Below, one piece after another: positions 36,101 to 39,881 of a DNA stretch of 64,000 nucleotides (its first letter is position 1; each line of letters begins with the position of its first letter). The notes under the pieces were generated by a model, which ran no database searches, had not been told where the DNA came from, and worked only from the letters and a program-made list of their open reading frames with translations. A program made the position numbers and the translations under genes. The stretch covers positions 34,207-98,206 of the forward strand of contig CAILQW010000040.1 of NCBI GenBank assembly GCA_903836515.1, given 5' to 3'. This DNA comes from Candidatus Omnitrophota bacterium (GTDB lineage Bacteria > Omnitrophota > Gorgyraeia > Zapsychrales > Fredricksoniimonadaceae).

Positions 36101-36994
36101 GGCTGCCGTGTCAAAGGCCTCAAGCCCCTGGGCCAGCACAAACCCCGTGGCCCTCTGTTCAAACTGCGCGCGCGGCATGGCCGCGGGCGTACCGATATCC
36201 ATGACACGCACCATGCCGCCATCCACCGCGATGACGGTTACAAAATGCTCCCCGGCCAGACTGGCGATAAAAGGCGGGGGGAGTTTCAGCACATCTGAAG
36301 GCTTCAATTTGGCAGCCGCATACTTCAAATCAAACGCCTTAGCCACCCTGGAAAGAGCTGCCAGCGATGTTTTAAGTGTTTTGTCTCCTGGTTTGACAAT
36401 GCCGCTGATAATGTCCACGGTCACTGTCATCAGAGAAACTTCTTCTGGTGTCTTGTGAATACCCTGGGCCGCAAGAATATCATTTAACGCATAAACACCG
36501 CAATTAAGGTGATGAAGGGATGGCTTTGCAAGCCAGGCAACAGTTTGACGGATCTGTGCCGGCGTGAAATTGACATGAGAATCAACGGCAAGGACATATT
36601 CCCGGTGCTTGTTTCCGGATAAAAGATTCTTGCCATCATCGATCTTGAGGTCAATGCGGCTTGAAGGCTGGCCCGCCACCTGCGTCAGAAGATGCTCCAT
36701 ACTGCTGGACACAAGCATGGCGGTCTGTTGCGCTGGCTGCAGCTGCACCTGGACTACAGGCGTGCCATAAAGGATCGCCGGATTATAATTGAATGCCCAA
36801 CTGACCTGATCGGGAATAAAAATGCAGATAACAACAAATGCGATGGCACGCGTCCATGCATGAAATCGTGTGGGTATTGACGGTTGACGGAGAGATATGG
36901 CTTCAATAGGGCGGGGCAAAGAAACAGAGCTTCTCCTATTATATATAAGAAAAGCAAAGAACTCCTTTAACTGTTCTTTGAACTTCATGATCAT
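15182..36994 (-). CDS. Giant 7270-aa multidomain protein (21.8-kb single ORF) of unknown function.
   Basis: A continuous reading frame of 7270 codons with no stop; chance ORFs in ~55% GC DNA rarely exceed a few hundred codons. GAGG lies 6 nt upstream of the ATG at 36994. Domain order (N to C): TM anchor, C39-like peptidase, Gly/Ala-rich glycine-zipper-like segments, beta-rich region, long helical/coiled-coil region, P-loop ATPase (SF2/SecA-like), HEXXH motif, C-terminal tail. Sub-features below carry the individual motif evidence. Confidence 0.9.
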   Translation of the reverse strand: MIMKFKEQLKEFFAFLIYNRRSSVSLPRPIEAISLRQPSIPTRFHAWTRAIAFVVICIFIPDQVSWAFNYNPAILYGTPVVQVQLQPAQQTAMLVSSSMEHLLTQVAGQPSSRIDLKIDDGKNLLSGNKHREYVLAVDSHVNFTPAQIRQTVAWLAKPSLHHLNCGVYALNDILAAQGIHKTPEEVSLMTVTVDIISGIVKPGDKTLKTSLAALSRVAKAFDLKYAAAKLKPSDVLKLPPPFIASLAGEHFVTVIAVDGGMVRVMDIGTPAAMPRAQFEQRATGFVLAQGLEAFDTAAFTRVPEAMQAFVWGDHWRNRSSDLPGLVTLGQIALQVGIQIGATLLLGGNCFDAAFALGASQFSQAVGSACYVTGNCSAKTAFILTTALNAALTYGYNYAQGAAKAGQNPAMDEIKSTATALGEDLTSAGLQTALENAATQTVALSVGEIAKAAATGAIVGAVRGLAMYEVSKWLDHVWGDNQAIAKSFCYAVASSVIDYGTNVAASQIVAALSSPSTTNSRSSIKDSSSSAEKRPAMSFSEFMNPKTILNPEGKALSPKDAFTSAGFRKAVIGDAISAVVRYAANGFREENDKDANARSQVLGLFGKQMGGMVGNWVGVSPFSQAEEKFMQANLKAAAALKAGENATPEQKNLLINLSSEDARTLGALVQKQENEAAPFFKTVGQAAVTTLITLAVTSDQKNLSHNEQAAQAQRNMIVFEASAILSGALLAGADALFSPGKDIEESAKARGFVGYSSNFSGQDPAQPSFNFNDTNTGRSSAYGIANTSDAYDPNVGISLSPLSRFMNATTQEFWDSNQKFQADFWGTSAMSTFADTRREAPERMAAASLAISTLDQITGFTPEWALSMKKQWDTLQVDNAKMAVTHAKDPLQPGALAGDVLYAQLLATTFDSIDPGMISSSYIASMAQKGIVSNTQRGFENVASGYLASVQSDSLARKIYTNLGFTYRAFAQLEALPEANRPVQVDNVSGLMNQDGQGVLDTKAITRNRFRSLNSGNPYYLVTLTDDNVGGGTAFTAQNPVTNVQYQGSWQRDAAGHATQFQVSGGRTGGVSGLARIVGLAEDVGDFNLSYTKDFTGKTLDRGQIVAMTPEGKKDVLLLDGLNTSFYGFSRGRAPVIGEATYAKTGIVLGGKEVTTTTWVPRSSSNVLVTNPETTSFEDFHLGTSADRKTGLGSPLAYGTVLGDTSSGSPLWNTGTAQDQNTGSSITVANSWQQHLNDSLKGNYIKTPELEYARGELYTMGDSREIQALPKQFASPLLPNGEGEPVLNNTVAQRQLMPDSFGALYGYAQLNPGVLGLDTDGRWSLNGQTAGAGASYVNLSYAKNGNPLVEAFAAKDLVGYNNDGTQKFQEKGQLAFLAESNIQATKGVFEYLDTAGRVGDERFARNLILDTTNGKPEVYTRPFKVADASHGNIQSGQPVMGYLDGAKIEEIYQDEHNGFKGEGVARGDVSFGAVNSVGTDISKSYFNENSGWTMSPLVEGRGNGTIEGVKGEKWDFDGKPVELSTKELNVAFKVRQKDGVYLPGLELLFTAKDKSEDITFYSESLLGAKSDSKKSGTMGSIKDPQSTLKLYDQKSYGTEGDQNNPVRKVFLYKKSGHGSTEFNGQVAFTADDPFSGQMTPLLTSVHYIYSGEFNEKTQQFNKTPYHLDPTTNLVFSPKLYRGFGAKDIHLHITDTGSLYVGDRTWYEQNLTTGNKLTHASIFRTGQYWGGIQRLAAELSQGYNGDPGKDGEIGKEQAVKIMLSPAAVKRGLYMDVNSRNGLDKYISVSGKIRQANGAWINMASFTWIGKGLDLKLRTENKPKESLTWDPRDNSPLNKKDGAGSGTATEPNIWAFSPQGIRTYTSQELDRLGMNQQIILATTGFREGVLTEGKKFDAAISHYIYGNTFLEGEKGYAYQTKHIKGLYNEGGVDPEGQLNTYQQALNNSYFEFTKSANDPFMHFNPNAASVVVMDGLSTTNLVNSRQTSHIQTPGGGVVTLDSFQKFGSDMPGAFMGVINMPNGSRSFFGLDHMIVNNINNKQSGSTLMNIGGGASISGAFPAQQTPFTGIWMHYNLNMTGWSRVNKDGSVVFGGDLPQGLTGLVVTGNIQTAFQRKLYNAQVNGWGMNSLGGASMMIDGQIVVPANDKITGSGKGEVLARGNVASMKEDVMLVNATKMPLVYQGVGQFWSLLQPLTLTESGTGSKRVTTHYFDGNVTYDVTAGKDGEDKYNIVKVNGKQWKQEDSLTAEPIAGRYLVKKDGWELKIIDLYNTKNVRSVRNFEEVTLNSNDFTGKEFDATSRTKISKKFDFGDVLSLFSNPVTNFSMYLNPYVLGEKIVNKLIFNEEVSTEVILKKKDTTGKIVQAGSVEFGKYDPNTGRPQVVQVRQLDIKTLRPKEATDFQGIKEGIAGFIVPFEKVLKIGGIFKRVEGVSGLSRNRVFSADNTRAIPSNLENISTKIFLNKNGTIDFGASLKNTVPYDQVFKPIEYTTLAMNLQNRMSARTQAVWSLDYSTGTMQSVANGSTIKMPDGYYYQVNNKDLNLKKEGELNTPFTTAVLGQTTGVGRWLKDNQMSAIAGVVDPGRWTTFDVVSTPFLFLAATKAVSMGTRSISGAGAMTKWLVPVGRAIAADFAAGTVVSVGQDLLTGNPVSYDRAVANGLSWGRTGGQFQLAFGATAMGATALGMERWGAALAKTAEGTGAKAFGARLMLNPAKISGVQMGIINTFNGYLESTMPGEKAWTWRRGIVDFVVGDVIGSVYGGLKGLKINGGEFKGMNKAYHEFVLNPENVVAHRISNAIAYTGGSLMGGQFRDYYGQSSQHVDNNGLQKTILRVTAGALGGSMFATSGKWLNFIVAENKVELTPVLNSTEKMTVKLGEKIKNFETVKSLGNEWKVLREEGALLRPGPLQVAGVRPSSLAQWWSGAPRAAYVRHALVGGSIGGGFSMFDDVMTGRDINWEKAGGYALFGAANALAMKGWRDVGMLKARAVLGISEERVSLQAFARNPDLIWKTGLISGADFAWTMPAFNGATAGIEYLLNKAKYSLGIVGGKPDKENWSEARKAVFGPTGKEGLWNASIASMASGFKMGMTLGPMLGVTSRPFGISGGGPLEMVLSHPWAHTIPTTASKLAVVKAGLTSLGVDRDTADAIAFYSLAFFPGANPGAARDAQHKNIEKEIAWREGRDQSDPKIFDLQKQQMGLLQQEHREVKQQMASFSDAKESPVYAKLEAKSSVLDARINEAGAHMAEPIIRERIDKIDNLIDKFQQRFDSVSNDPVKAPKIGEILSKLEARKGVLTALLPENITRLNASIDTAQKLVKNMEAISSKKDAPVNKELTDLIAERAQLLMDLINFKAVVRIEAPNSDVSKKSPQVVSEQPTVNGLLDGLQKISKDPVDLAKELSAKQARLVEVNESLVLTRQAQIARAAAKTPDQKTLAIKDYQAAKADADLKRVDAERILALHELNAKVEKAKQAGIDVEKISAPGNKDVSRQAGPEYEEVVRAQRNVERLEQEKGDAVARAEHYQGRALAERKIQADSAQIVQLQAKRNTLESKNKKTDVELKAINDLDVEITGKEKVLRWFTQLVQESVSHDLAGGASEGKNNITREMARDWKEIQNTKVLRDLAQQYVKSKGVGAEESTMIEGVIKELTPLLDSAFDQVRPQVGQEHAAQAPPKTQDTGSANESSSRMRISSETSDFSPTETQSFLKELSSSITQISQRRAELAEDMMDLVVNKYGNAAKVVRLKAPERQAKAELDAAKNDLGEIRQSVPVKTSLEEKVTTAREVEGKKNSKSQNTKDSVSSEENTDKDSTKNIKKAVSPEDAILYTLQEILKNESYVKMQEQMKASPKAKAKARELLGERAYGEFVSSLEAKAKQEEAQLNRISDLQAKVDVATANLDNTRWSGLVENYLKKEYSQLSKEDRATLHFGADEILMNTILQQFPKQVAEWKALKEEREKEKDANASLIDQRIHEAEKALMVEVGKQLTRDQIAATEWFVRSGVKQLENLWAQKDLSEQKKTENSAKTEDSSKTLIDDMVALVKDPGQQEVVRSLFMAAQMERNGSAMHQNDIKLEEKKLDNEGARKDVSKGRIELLKQNIEAIKTDINKYKDPTGLLSLYSGILERLVGQEYDFQREPDTADKHRDSAVEHLERAKQESSYAVRLEAMRELADQPLDGYMAKFQQATTYRDQRAALQGMVTEGIREQAAVDIFRIRQELQNSINSVLSSPLDNEERAAKRIEKISERLQSLYQRLESLDPGSDVVIMEKEDCQKLLALARDAVQIIQNPAGIGSTRWDGIKDQAKKFGYDEKPNEQKEMREKAREILTSLHKTLGQDQAGLFAARLTDRTRQESMLSGVDHDAKVQRKELNEKDASSLAILIDNAEAVDKERGKTPAPQLQGRHQKLYDYTDTILRGLKEKENWDRRPDQIKYVFHQLNYIFYLIDRIEEKKANGVVWGIDGVLLSLAMAGGKTKMEPYIINLITPYAREHGVEVMNIKPNVTLAEAAGNREGFFRYKVPGDLTLPENKGKVPVLAFQELQKISLDYQNSRDPDKVNPLKDYLGVVDEIHQILLSVPMITSDATDSFAVARKMTTEKLMERAREQITGRMLGQTILEVANAFAGKKSDAMALVIDAFIKEERSGDIKFRTSEEKKFIWMRDGEVIDVKNVESGDKLFEVKDGKIVLMDREVSSEEMSKASGIQDIFKEQFRNKMKNDAKAFAELADGRWDIFMDAAATALKNELWKDKFRAAFKADGTFDLVTIQHILSGTEAYDRVFTDKTGLNSFMRMIVGLHEAKTNKTVSLPEFIRLTDRNNHVQVTAMETLGLMGSWLGVTGTAEPVHDLAKAYGIYMHEFGTAITLEHVNWTHELVKGAPGEDIATQVRAWLRAPRDPNRPASTEVLYINQGLTEDRKAAIDHQDIQALKNDKNVVVLHYDANNFNQGVEALKRKVGKDIKGNYYDVNRVEMTDAFGRKVEGGLDGKKIIFLSAGQEGASFEFDGHLTHYDFNVRALYGALQSMLRGDSIKSEYTEIKDNANRTSSDYKLFVNIGAYRDPRLIDPDRDRLRSVQGTAEEFKVLVQIMKRLQQEESQQSFVQSVSVDKGLNRDAMGQHLQRMYEDWRADMVREFAQENGIARIWDGVNGAGGQALRMSQDGKNVMHLYDFTLQNGQGIKDEFGYIKLAPGQIGVPTGGSGETMRVYTPTTDMSQQTIMDRLNRGEAIEQPTQQWLVMDYRVNPDTASDKPPMVRTWVPAEQVVNGEDVEVKVTTDMMVVVADGNKVKVPQVTRYFKNDLYKGMDQFKRIEKEDLVRIGAALGLGKAESLELVTPVSGTKQGYKYQAFYDAQQNVRGVLFEGVLYQNSIKEEMKESALKNNNLFEFEALVSEKIEHADMRRDELRLKLKMKMQGPELVMADAEVANEAPILLNGREIAKGDKVGYYNEEGGKKMFVVHGKGVVIRDGHSYIAQDGVVATDIANVKVAYKGEDGKIKVARAFGQESMKFASLEEGYQRGLFKIMGGVPEGAEAGAGLDLKGATIDNTTGEMVSRNMSRIGWFWDDRIFVRQWDAAKNGYYYNFEDNAAIKDKAESLNMTLVKHAYGYSVAAEEFESAMAEQVRVGEKLTRDYQSFLATQGASRQQAMDYAASVNQYANLFRVKASVIPMTEKGTPVNKDATLGQIAHQSGMRYAVQLESMDETPETPEGVPLGKRAASFGQIVGFIKKEFNKDLLLDPALDAAKSAAQSTEDHFKLGSALGLSLIKGLVKFDEAGVFLHELFHEYNKVMKGRGQGGAFVQSRLTRYDLIGRLLGQGEDIYWEQFSNEEIFAHYLEMFGMKFKPDGKPEIPEFLKDVLHKDFTEFLEKANKVLPGFVFKGKMQFLHEAYEAGDIREARDHARAITETIARMTRFAQASEFSFRQAIKVVESTQDIASFVTENTKNVVVTIPYTVQGEKNTQEVYISADIPAAERKAEVLKILKSSAQQSAKMSRRSALLGMISQKHPAETVQLTQMVDQYLSGLTDAAYIERADRLMKVMGCAVIDVEKEGDVMKRVVARTAYIDPKIVAQRQKDYPEEKKDDIEKELREVGNIALQPDRTWKINLPDEKKAEEVSIDWIRFNAVQSRIGASLNGTTATWTTPAMQFVDNKDKFVKNIAPHVPKGYTVTPVGHQDGDLIKDLVARYQKKNPDTKKADEIRDLLSSSDALNLVVRDAKGDIVGYLAASQSGKEGTLAVAHFEADSYKAQEALKAVVAQWKVQTDNNTRYLPGAVVVTLPLFAAKGGASMIAYQEVVKNSNAEVLEKAMDNITEGQAESRWLTRQGERLQEVLNTLAKLAVAGASAEHLKQVVAVVGDGKQGPFMARIHLPDEDIFVPLPDEFTQKTPVDAFLTAALVPVIERACLEFARQTLVIQAGQNLTDPRVHAAAKNAMDRPEYWDDPLKLKALGLIFAETDQRPQENSDGTFIYTDKKKDKVPENSVKISAEGTISLLTYKEKILPVALEDEERIRVQMAAVAAFAGAVPADAKAGELFPLSKGRKLLTKFNFGAGKGSEESKNITDKVIDALEKQRSGESVGGEKLLRDGIGEQQVLIDGIEKSRKTVSGDIYYYLAILQEGLADTLAQKRKHKSKEIMERAVSGEDKQQLAVEWMSLEQESELKEMSWSVRENLVKAATDVVTQPDIRQQAVERICHFMAADHSQAVDHGEAGTDSWFEWVENFFRKGVLGNAMKAAASAEPAASPALILPVVPKPTLPVAPSWYSLQPFVQPAIRTITTITQIPTPQMLEDFLSSNTPSDPQARQRFFEVADVLLRNRGIDTGRLDAGRAQAVVRASLAQLLTLTNLQLKRLRDIKTAFDSENPTEEQIGLLKRYSMLTAVLGGEDISSPEDQDQFGSSFRTSATSAKKLKCGIQLVDMDDPVWFAFYLKKYTNDPLMLLGTIVAGARKSIVKNALKADLDKAITVLAKLAGREDDVTKLVRDIIKEVPSILERLPVVQEVLTIALGKAGAAKVMAALHSSFGYGVVNAGDLVIKHLNPAVKTMLRRYRHKKLTREKFVEYLAKWEYALNEKGQVVYQSEAVAERERRMVAPDDEALAIKLESRKLIGEYRRREIKVKQLQAELLKLSRSIRDVEPTAQEKAVFNARYWWLDPDHKVPEDLVKPGNPLDAKPPEPVFIHRPVSAAEDNGSTFENETDSKLRLIDDPGEIVTDRPSPADSKTAIIPPSAPSIWKTNETPAWAPVLLDDPLLLKPRFPWIMGGSAKPAVSFQDSRLPAKSKDGAVDTL
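19682..19696 (-). other. Isolated HEXXH zincin-like motif (FLHELFHEY) in the giant protein.
   Basis: GVFLHELFHEYN is seen directly (encoded at ~19676-19700). No additional metalloprotease landmarks were recognised, so this may be fortuitous. Confidence 0.2.
22600..23700 (-). other. P-loop NTPase core resembling SF2 helicase / SecA motor domain (Walker A and DExH Walker B) inside the giant protein.
   Basis: Walker A LAMAGGKTKM is encoded at 23582-23605. Walker B/motif II GVVDEIHQILLSVPMITSD is encoded at 23296-23320, ~98 aa downstream, the normal motif I-II spacing. The local pattern (EPYIINLITPYA after the P-loop; VDExxxILxxxPxIxS) resembles SecA (GEGKTLVATLPAYLNAL / VDEVDSILIDEARTPLIIS). 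DEIH is a classical DExH helicase variant. A further ~300-aa region downstream is compatible with a second RecA-like domain. Confidence 0.45.
23700..27490 (-). other. ~1200-aa charged helical / coiled-coil region of the giant protein.
   Basis: It starts at KEIAWREGRDQSDPKIFDLQKQQMGLLQQEHREVKQQ... (encoded at ~27425-27490). It continues with K/E/Q/L/A-rich low-proline sequence and recurrent heptad-like hydrophobic spacing, ending just before the ATPase core. Confidence 0.5.
27500..29200 (-). other. Gly/Ala-rich amphipathic glycine-zipper-like segments within the giant protein (possible membrane-interacting region).
   Basis: Stretches such as GAGAMTKWLVPVGRAIAADFAAGTVVSVGQ, GGQFQLAFGATAMGATALGMERWGAALAKTAEGTGAKAFGARLM and GGSLMGGQF...GALGGSMFATSG show repeated small-xxx-small (GxxxG/AxxxA) spacing. 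This is seen directly in the translation. Confidence 0.35.
36139..36607 (-). other. C39-like papain-fold cysteine peptidase domain at the N-terminus of the giant protein (residues ~130-285).
   Basis: HLNCGVYALNDIL (Cys165) ... TSLAALSRVAKAFDLKYAAAKL ... LPPPFIASLAGEHFVTVIAVDGGMVRVMDIGTPAAMPRAQFEQRATGFVLA (His250, Asp266). This follows the C39 family pattern: a CGxxAL nucleophile region, the HFVV(L) His block and a downstream Asp with correct spacing. It is preceded by a TM helix (AIAFVVICIFI, residues ~50-60). Confidence 0.55.
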
Positions 36995-37415
36995 GTTGGC
37001 CTCGATTTATGAAACTATTTCAAGAACCCCATCAAAGTTCAATGACAGTAAAAAGTATAGCATGGAAGCTTCGTCAAGCAAATTTTTAAAAATTTTTCTA
37101 CATTAATAAATCTTTTGTTTTAAACAACTTAAGTCTCTTTTTAAATCTGTTCTTGAATAAATGAATAATTCATTTCTTAAATCAATTTTTTTGATTATAA
37201 ATTGATAAAATTGTTCATTTTTATAACCCAGATGCAGTAGCACGATCTTCTCGACGCGTCCCTGCGAACAAAACGGTGCGGCTACAAATGTGTTTGGACA
37301 TTAACAAGACCTGTTTCCATCATTTAATTCGGATTTAATTGTCCAAACTGAAAGAAAAAGCCCACGCACGGAAATCTGGGCATGGGCCATGTGATACTTT
37401 TGATTATATAAGACG
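36995..37415. promoter_or_regulatory. AT-rich 420-bp upstream region of the giant gene (likely promoter/leader).
   Basis: The composition drops sharply to AT-rich sequence (ttttaaaaatttttctacattaataaatcttttgttttaaac...) between the upstream gene stop (37416) and the giant-gene start (36994). Confidence 0.35.
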
Positions 37416-39662
37416 CTACGCTGCTGAAGCTGCCAACCCTCCTGCCTCAGTGAACAATGGCACACCCACAGCAGATTGAATATTCAAAATGACTGGCACA
37501 AGCCCATCAATACGGATATTATCCAGATTCTGCTGGCTGACCGGCAAAGGAACGCCCTTGCCATCACGCCTGATCTGCATATTAAGGTTGGCCTGGGCGA
37601 AGTCAATACCGCCTGTAGCATTATCAACTTTTTGATATACAGCATTCGCAGACAATCCAGTAACAATCTCTCCAAGTTGAGCCTGAATCCAAGGATTTTG
37701 AACCCATTGATCTCCTATAAAAAACAATAACCCTTGCTCACTATTTTGAACAAATGAATCATTCAATGCTGTTAACCCCTTATCATCCTTGGCAAATAAC
37801 ACTTTTAACATTTGTTTCGCTTGGAAAGCATTCCACACGAGATCTCCCTCTCTCAATAAACCCGTCATAATCGGTTCCAACAAACTGCTTTTTTCCGGAT
37901 GAGCGTACATTTGAAGACGTGTAAATAATAACAACCCGGCCCGGCTCTGCATATTCGGATCTTGTAATTCATTTAGCGCCTGTTCATTCCCCAAAAACAA
38001 CTCCTTTAGTATCATCTTCGCATCTGCCAGGGATAACTGATACTCTGTCTGTGAAATAGTAGTTTCGGGAACCTCAGGATTGGCGAGAATCTTAGTAGCA
38101 ACCATCATCCCAAAGGGAAGCTTGGCATGATCTGGTTGCAAAAATGCGGCGCTATAAAACACCCCTGACTCATAAACCAAAAGTAATAGTCCTAAAGAAA
38201 TAGTCTTTACTGACCTTTTAATCTTATTACGCCAATCAAACAAATTGTTCCCTTGTGCATTATCTAAGAATAAAACCGCATTATCTATTCCTTTTTGAAG
38301 GAAAAAAGTATCACTAATATCAGAATTTATAAGAACTTCCGTAACAACCATCATTCCCAAAGGAAGTTTAGAATGGTCTGGTTGTAAGAACGCCGCGCTG
38401 TATGAAACCGCCGACTCATAGGCCAAAAGCAACACACCTAACGAGGTTGTTAAAATTGACCTTTTAATCTTATTGCGCCAATCAAATGAATTATTCCCTT
38501 GTGAATTGTCCGCGACATTATTAAAAGAAGTTTCAACAACATCAGCCTTTAAGAAAACTTTGACCACATTTTCTGCGGTTTCCTTAGAGCTCTTGACTTT
38601 GATCACAAGGTGCGCATTATCATAAACCAGCCCCATGGCCATATCACCACCGGAAAAATATTTGCGCGGGATGACTTCCTGGGAAAATCGGCTCACATCT
38701 TCCCTGATCATGTTAAAGGCACCCTTGCGAAATGCGGTGGTGTACTTTTCGTAAATTTCCTGGTTGGCTTGAGGATCCTGATCAATACCTTTGACCTTGG
38801 ACTTGTCGCCGTAAACTTTATTCAGGATCGATTCTTTAAGCGCGCGCTTATACCAGGCGGCCAACAACATGCTGTTATGGATCTGACGCAAGGGAGCAAA
38901 ATTCCGGCCCTCGTTGACTTCCTTTTCAATGGCCGGAAGGATCACCTCACGCATTACATCTTTGGATATCCGGGCAGCTTTGGTATCGTTCTCTGTCTCT
39001 CCAACGCCGAGGCCATTCTCTTGCATGGCACGGTAATCACTCTCGAGCATGACCTTTAAATGATGCTCCAGCACAACTACGGCAGACCCTTTCTCAAATA
39101 TGACAGCCCTGTCGGGCATGATCCAGACCTTGTTAAAGGTGTCGCTGGGAATATCCGTTGTGCCAAATTTCTGGTAGGATTTCGCGTAAACAGCATCCCA
39201 GAATTTCTTGCCGAGATCCGTATCCGGATTCGTCAACGAGGCAGAGATCTGCTTCAGCATGTAATCCTGGGCCAAAACATCCCGCCCCATTTCCGTCAAA
39301 CCATAATCATCCGGAATAATGCGATCTTTTTCATACGGCGAAAGGTTAACCCACTGATCCTTGTCAGGAATAGCCAGGGCGGCGAGAAAATATTTGATCA
39401 GTTTGGAATATTCTTCCTGCTTTTGTGCGCTGGTCATCAGCTCATCGCCGCGATGAACGATGAAATCAAACTTGAAGGGATCATTGGGATAAATGACCAT
39501 GCCGCGCAAATGAGCTGGCGTGAAGGCCGGTGTCAAGGTTGCCATCGTACCTGGCAAAGGCATAAGCCCTACGGCTGAAATGCTTTGCGCAAACCCCTGC
39601 GGAGGCATGATGCAGCTAAAAATAAAGCTGATCAGCACGAAAAATGATATGATCTTTTTCAT
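37416..39662 (-). CDS. Secreted 748-aa protein of unknown function containing an internal tandem duplication (two hydrophobic-helix-containing ~55-80-aa repeats).
   Basis: Signal peptide MKKIISFFVLISFIFSCIMPPQGFAQ. Repeats: NNSFDWRNKIKRSILTTSLGVLLLAYESAVSYSAAFLQPDHSKLPLGMMVVTEVL and NNLFDWRNKIKRSVKTISLGLLLLVYESGVFYSAAFLQPDHAKLPFGMMVATKIL. It lies between the giant gene and tadC on the same strand. Confidence 0.7.
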   Translation of the reverse strand: MKKIISFFVLISFIFSCIMPPQGFAQSISAVGLMPLPGTMATLTPAFTPAHLRGMVIYPNDPFKFDFIVHRGDELMTSAQKQEEYSKLIKYFLAALAIPDKDQWVNLSPYEKDRIIPDDYGLTEMGRDVLAQDYMLKQISASLTNPDTDLGKKFWDAVYAKSYQKFGTTDIPSDTFNKVWIMPDRAVIFEKGSAVVVLEHHLKVMLESDYRAMQENGLGVGETENDTKAARISKDVMREVILPAIEKEVNEGRNFAPLRQIHNSMLLAAWYKRALKESILNKVYGDKSKVKGIDQDPQANQEIYEKYTTAFRKGAFNMIREDVSRFSQEVIPRKYFSGGDMAMGLVYDNAHLVIKVKSSKETAENVVKVFLKADVVETSFNNVADNSQGNNSFDWRNKIKRSILTTSLGVLLLAYESAVSYSAAFLQPDHSKLPLGMMVVTEVLINSDISDTFFLQKGIDNAVLFLDNAQGNNLFDWRNKIKRSVKTISLGLLLLVYESGVFYSAAFLQPDHAKLPFGMMVATKILANPEVPETTISQTEYQLSLADAKMILKELFLGNEQALNELQDPNMQSRAGLLLFTRLQMYAHPEKSSLLEPIMTGLLREGDLVWNAFQAKQMLKVLFAKDDKGLTALNDSFVQNSEQGLLFFIGDQWVQNPWIQAQLGEIVTGLSANAVYQKVDNATGGIDFAQANLNMQIRRDGKGVPLPVSQQNLDNIRIDGLVPVILNIQSAVGVPLFTEAGGLAASAA
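38095..38510. repeat. In-gene tandem direct repeat: two ~160-bp copies at ~38101-38258 and ~38347-38505, period ~246 bp, roughly 75-80% identical.
   Basis: Seen directly: accatcatcccaaagggaagcttggcatgatctggttgcaaaaatgcggcgctataaaacac... versus accatcattcccaaaggaagtttagaatggtctggttgtaagaacgccgcgctgtatgaaaccgc... Both end with cttttaatcttatt(a/g)cgccaatcaaa. Confidence 0.7.
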
Positions 39663-39881
39663 CTCTTAGACCTCTTGGGATTTAAAATCACAATGAAAAT
39701 AGAAACAATGGTGAGTATCAACGATTTTCACCTTGTGTAACTATACAACATACTTTATACAAAAAACAAGTATAAATGTCATCAAACACCATTTTACAGC
39801 GTTATGACAAAAAGGCGCTATTCAACTATTAATTGAATAGCGCCTTCACAAAGAACCAAAATGCTGCCTGCAGGGTATCCC

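Noticed and set aside
37330-37392. Possible rho-independent terminator downstream of the 748-aa gene (gcccacgcacgg...gggcatgggcc).
   Set aside because: The two GC-rich arms are not properly complementary (gcccacg versus gcccatg) and no T-tract follows on the transcribed strand.
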